From an uncultured Myxococcales bacterium (GTDB lineage Bacteria; Myxococcota_A; Polyangia; Polyangiales; Houyiibacteriaceae), in NCBI GenBank assembly GCA_965601515.1, contig CBFCWN010000004.1:8497-72496 (forward strand): a DNA stretch of 64,000 bases, given 5' to 3'. The stretch's first letter is position 1. Every line of letters starts with the position of its first letter. The notes under the pieces were generated by a model that saw nothing but the letters and a program-made list of their open reading frames with translations, was not told where the DNA came from and made no database searches. Position numbers and translations under genes: made by a program. Positions 62,890 to 64,000 of the stretch are shown here, piece by piece.

Positions 62890-64000
62890 TCAGTGAGCAC
62901 GATGTTGCAGCCCAGGAGCATTTGCAAGGGTCGCCGCACCGGCAGGCAGTTTGACCCGCGCGAACGCGCCGCCTGGAGAGCCGTTCTCGATGCTCAGCTC
63001 CCCGCCCATCGTTTGAATGAGCATGTAGGACGCGTACAAACCGAGCCCGGTGCCTTCACCAGGCGGTTTGGTGGTCGCAAAGGGCTCGAAGAGTCGACCT
63101 TCGATGTCCGGATGCAGCCCGGGCCCTTCGTCCTGGACGCCGATCTCGATCGTCGACCCCGAGCGAGTCGCGGACAGCCAGACCCCGGTCCCGCCCGCCT
63201 CGCGATTCGCGTCGACTGCGTTCTGAAGGAGGTTCACGAGAACCTGAAGCAATCGGTCGGGATCCGCCGCAACGCGCAGCCCTTCGACGGAGTCCGCGAT
63301 GTGGAGCGAGGGTCCGCCTTCTCGAACACCTGCAAACACGAGCGCTCGCGCGCGTTCGATGATGGGCAGGAGCTCCACCGATGCCTCCATCCTCAGACGA
63401 GGCAGCGAACCGCCGGTCAGCAACGAATGGGTAATGCGACCGAGCCTCTCCGTTTCGTCGCGAATCAGCGCGGCTGACTCGGACAGGTCCGACTGAAGCG
63501 CGGTGTCGCCTCCGAGGGAACGAATCGCCTCGCGCATGTCGGCCGCAAGCGTTCGAATGGTCGCAAGCGGGGTGTTGAGCTCGTGTGCCACACCCTGCGC
63601 GACGCGACCGAGGCTGGCGAGCCGTTCGGCCCGGAGAAGCCTCCGCTCCGCAAGCAGAATCTGGGTTCGGTCGACATAGAGGTTCATGATTCGCGAAGGC
63701 AGCCCCTCCCTCGAGTCGAGCGGAAACGAAAGCATCTCATAGCGCCGACCCTCGACCTCGAAGCGGCAGCGCCCTTCGACCCTTTCGTCACGCGCGCGAT
63801 ATACAGGGCAGATGCCCGCGGGCTGAGTCTCGCACTCCCGGCGATCGACCGGACACTCCCACGTGCCTTCCACGCTCGCTTCGGGAGCGAGCTCGTCGGC
63901 GAGTCGGTTGCGCCACTCGATGCTGCCGTCTCCACCGACCACCTCGAGTCCCGCTTCGAGCTCGTCCAACGTGTTGGAGATGATCTGGTATTCGAGCTCC
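62890..64000 (-). CDS. sensor histidine kinase, 5'-partial (continues beyond the window)
   Basis: H-box GVAHELNTPLATI, N-box LLQNAVDAN, G-boxes VQDEGPGL and GTGLGLY. The frame has no stop between 63969 and 64000, so the listed TTG start is probably internal. Confidence 0.85.
   Translation of the reverse strand, partial: ELEYQIISNTLDELEAGLEVVGGDGSIEWRNRLADELAPEASVEGTWECPVDRRECETQPAGICPVYRARDERVEGRCRFEVEGRRYEMLSFPLDSREGLPSRIMNLYVDRTQILLAERRLLRAERLASLGRVAQGVAHELNTPLATIRTLAADMREAIRSLGGDTALQSDLSESAALIRDETERLGRITHSLLTGGSLPRLRMEASVELLPIIERARALVFAGVREGGPSLHIADSVEGLRVAADPDRLLQVLVNLLQNAVDANREAGGTGVWLSATRSGSTIEIGVQDEGPGLHPDIEGRLFEPFATTKPPGEGTGLGLYASYMLIQTMGGELSIENGSPGGAFARVKLPAGAATLANAPGLQHRAH

Overview
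This is a visibly GC-rich, gene-dense chromosomal segment. Its gene content points to a myxobacterium (Myxococcota): three Ser/Thr kinases, PilZ, FHA, DUF4388-J-domain, a sigma54 activator, many PAS/His-kinases, and a protein resembling the MXAN_5187 family. I support about 60 CDS, one tRNA-Pro(CGG), and rpmH, which is too short for the ORF track. I found no rRNA, CRISPR array, transposase, integrase, prophage or recognisable defence system. Content is mostly housekeeping: an acyl-CoA dehydrogenase and a membrane Fe-S oxidoreductase; rsmB, murI, coaX, pcnB, nagZ, hflX, ttcA, hisD and cysS; the rpmH-rnpA-yidD-yidC-jag cluster; rsmG, an amgK-like kinase, a UvrD-family helicase, trmH and a class A PBP. 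Signalling and envelope genes are interleaved, including an ECF sigma/anti-sigma pair, an HtrA-family protease, a PspA module and a triple-DsbA protein. Most long ORFs antisense to these genes are GC-rich artefacts. The clearest signal not explained by genes is a 68-nt repeat family. It has three copies, each filling a spacer between convergent genes and starting at the stop codon of the co-oriented gene. Other points worth a second look: two paralogous YkgJ-type Cys-cluster proteins, each translationally coupled to membrane proteins; a membrane-anchored protein made of three tandem DsbA modules behind a terminator-like leader; a His-kinase lacking its ATPase domain next to a complete kinase; a degenerate GGDEF with an intact I-site; several AT-rich palindromes just upstream of regulator genes; and a 16-bp perfect inverted repeat around a pyrimidine-rich loop. 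I cannot demonstrate a novel multi-gene system from sequence alone. The candidates below are hypotheses.
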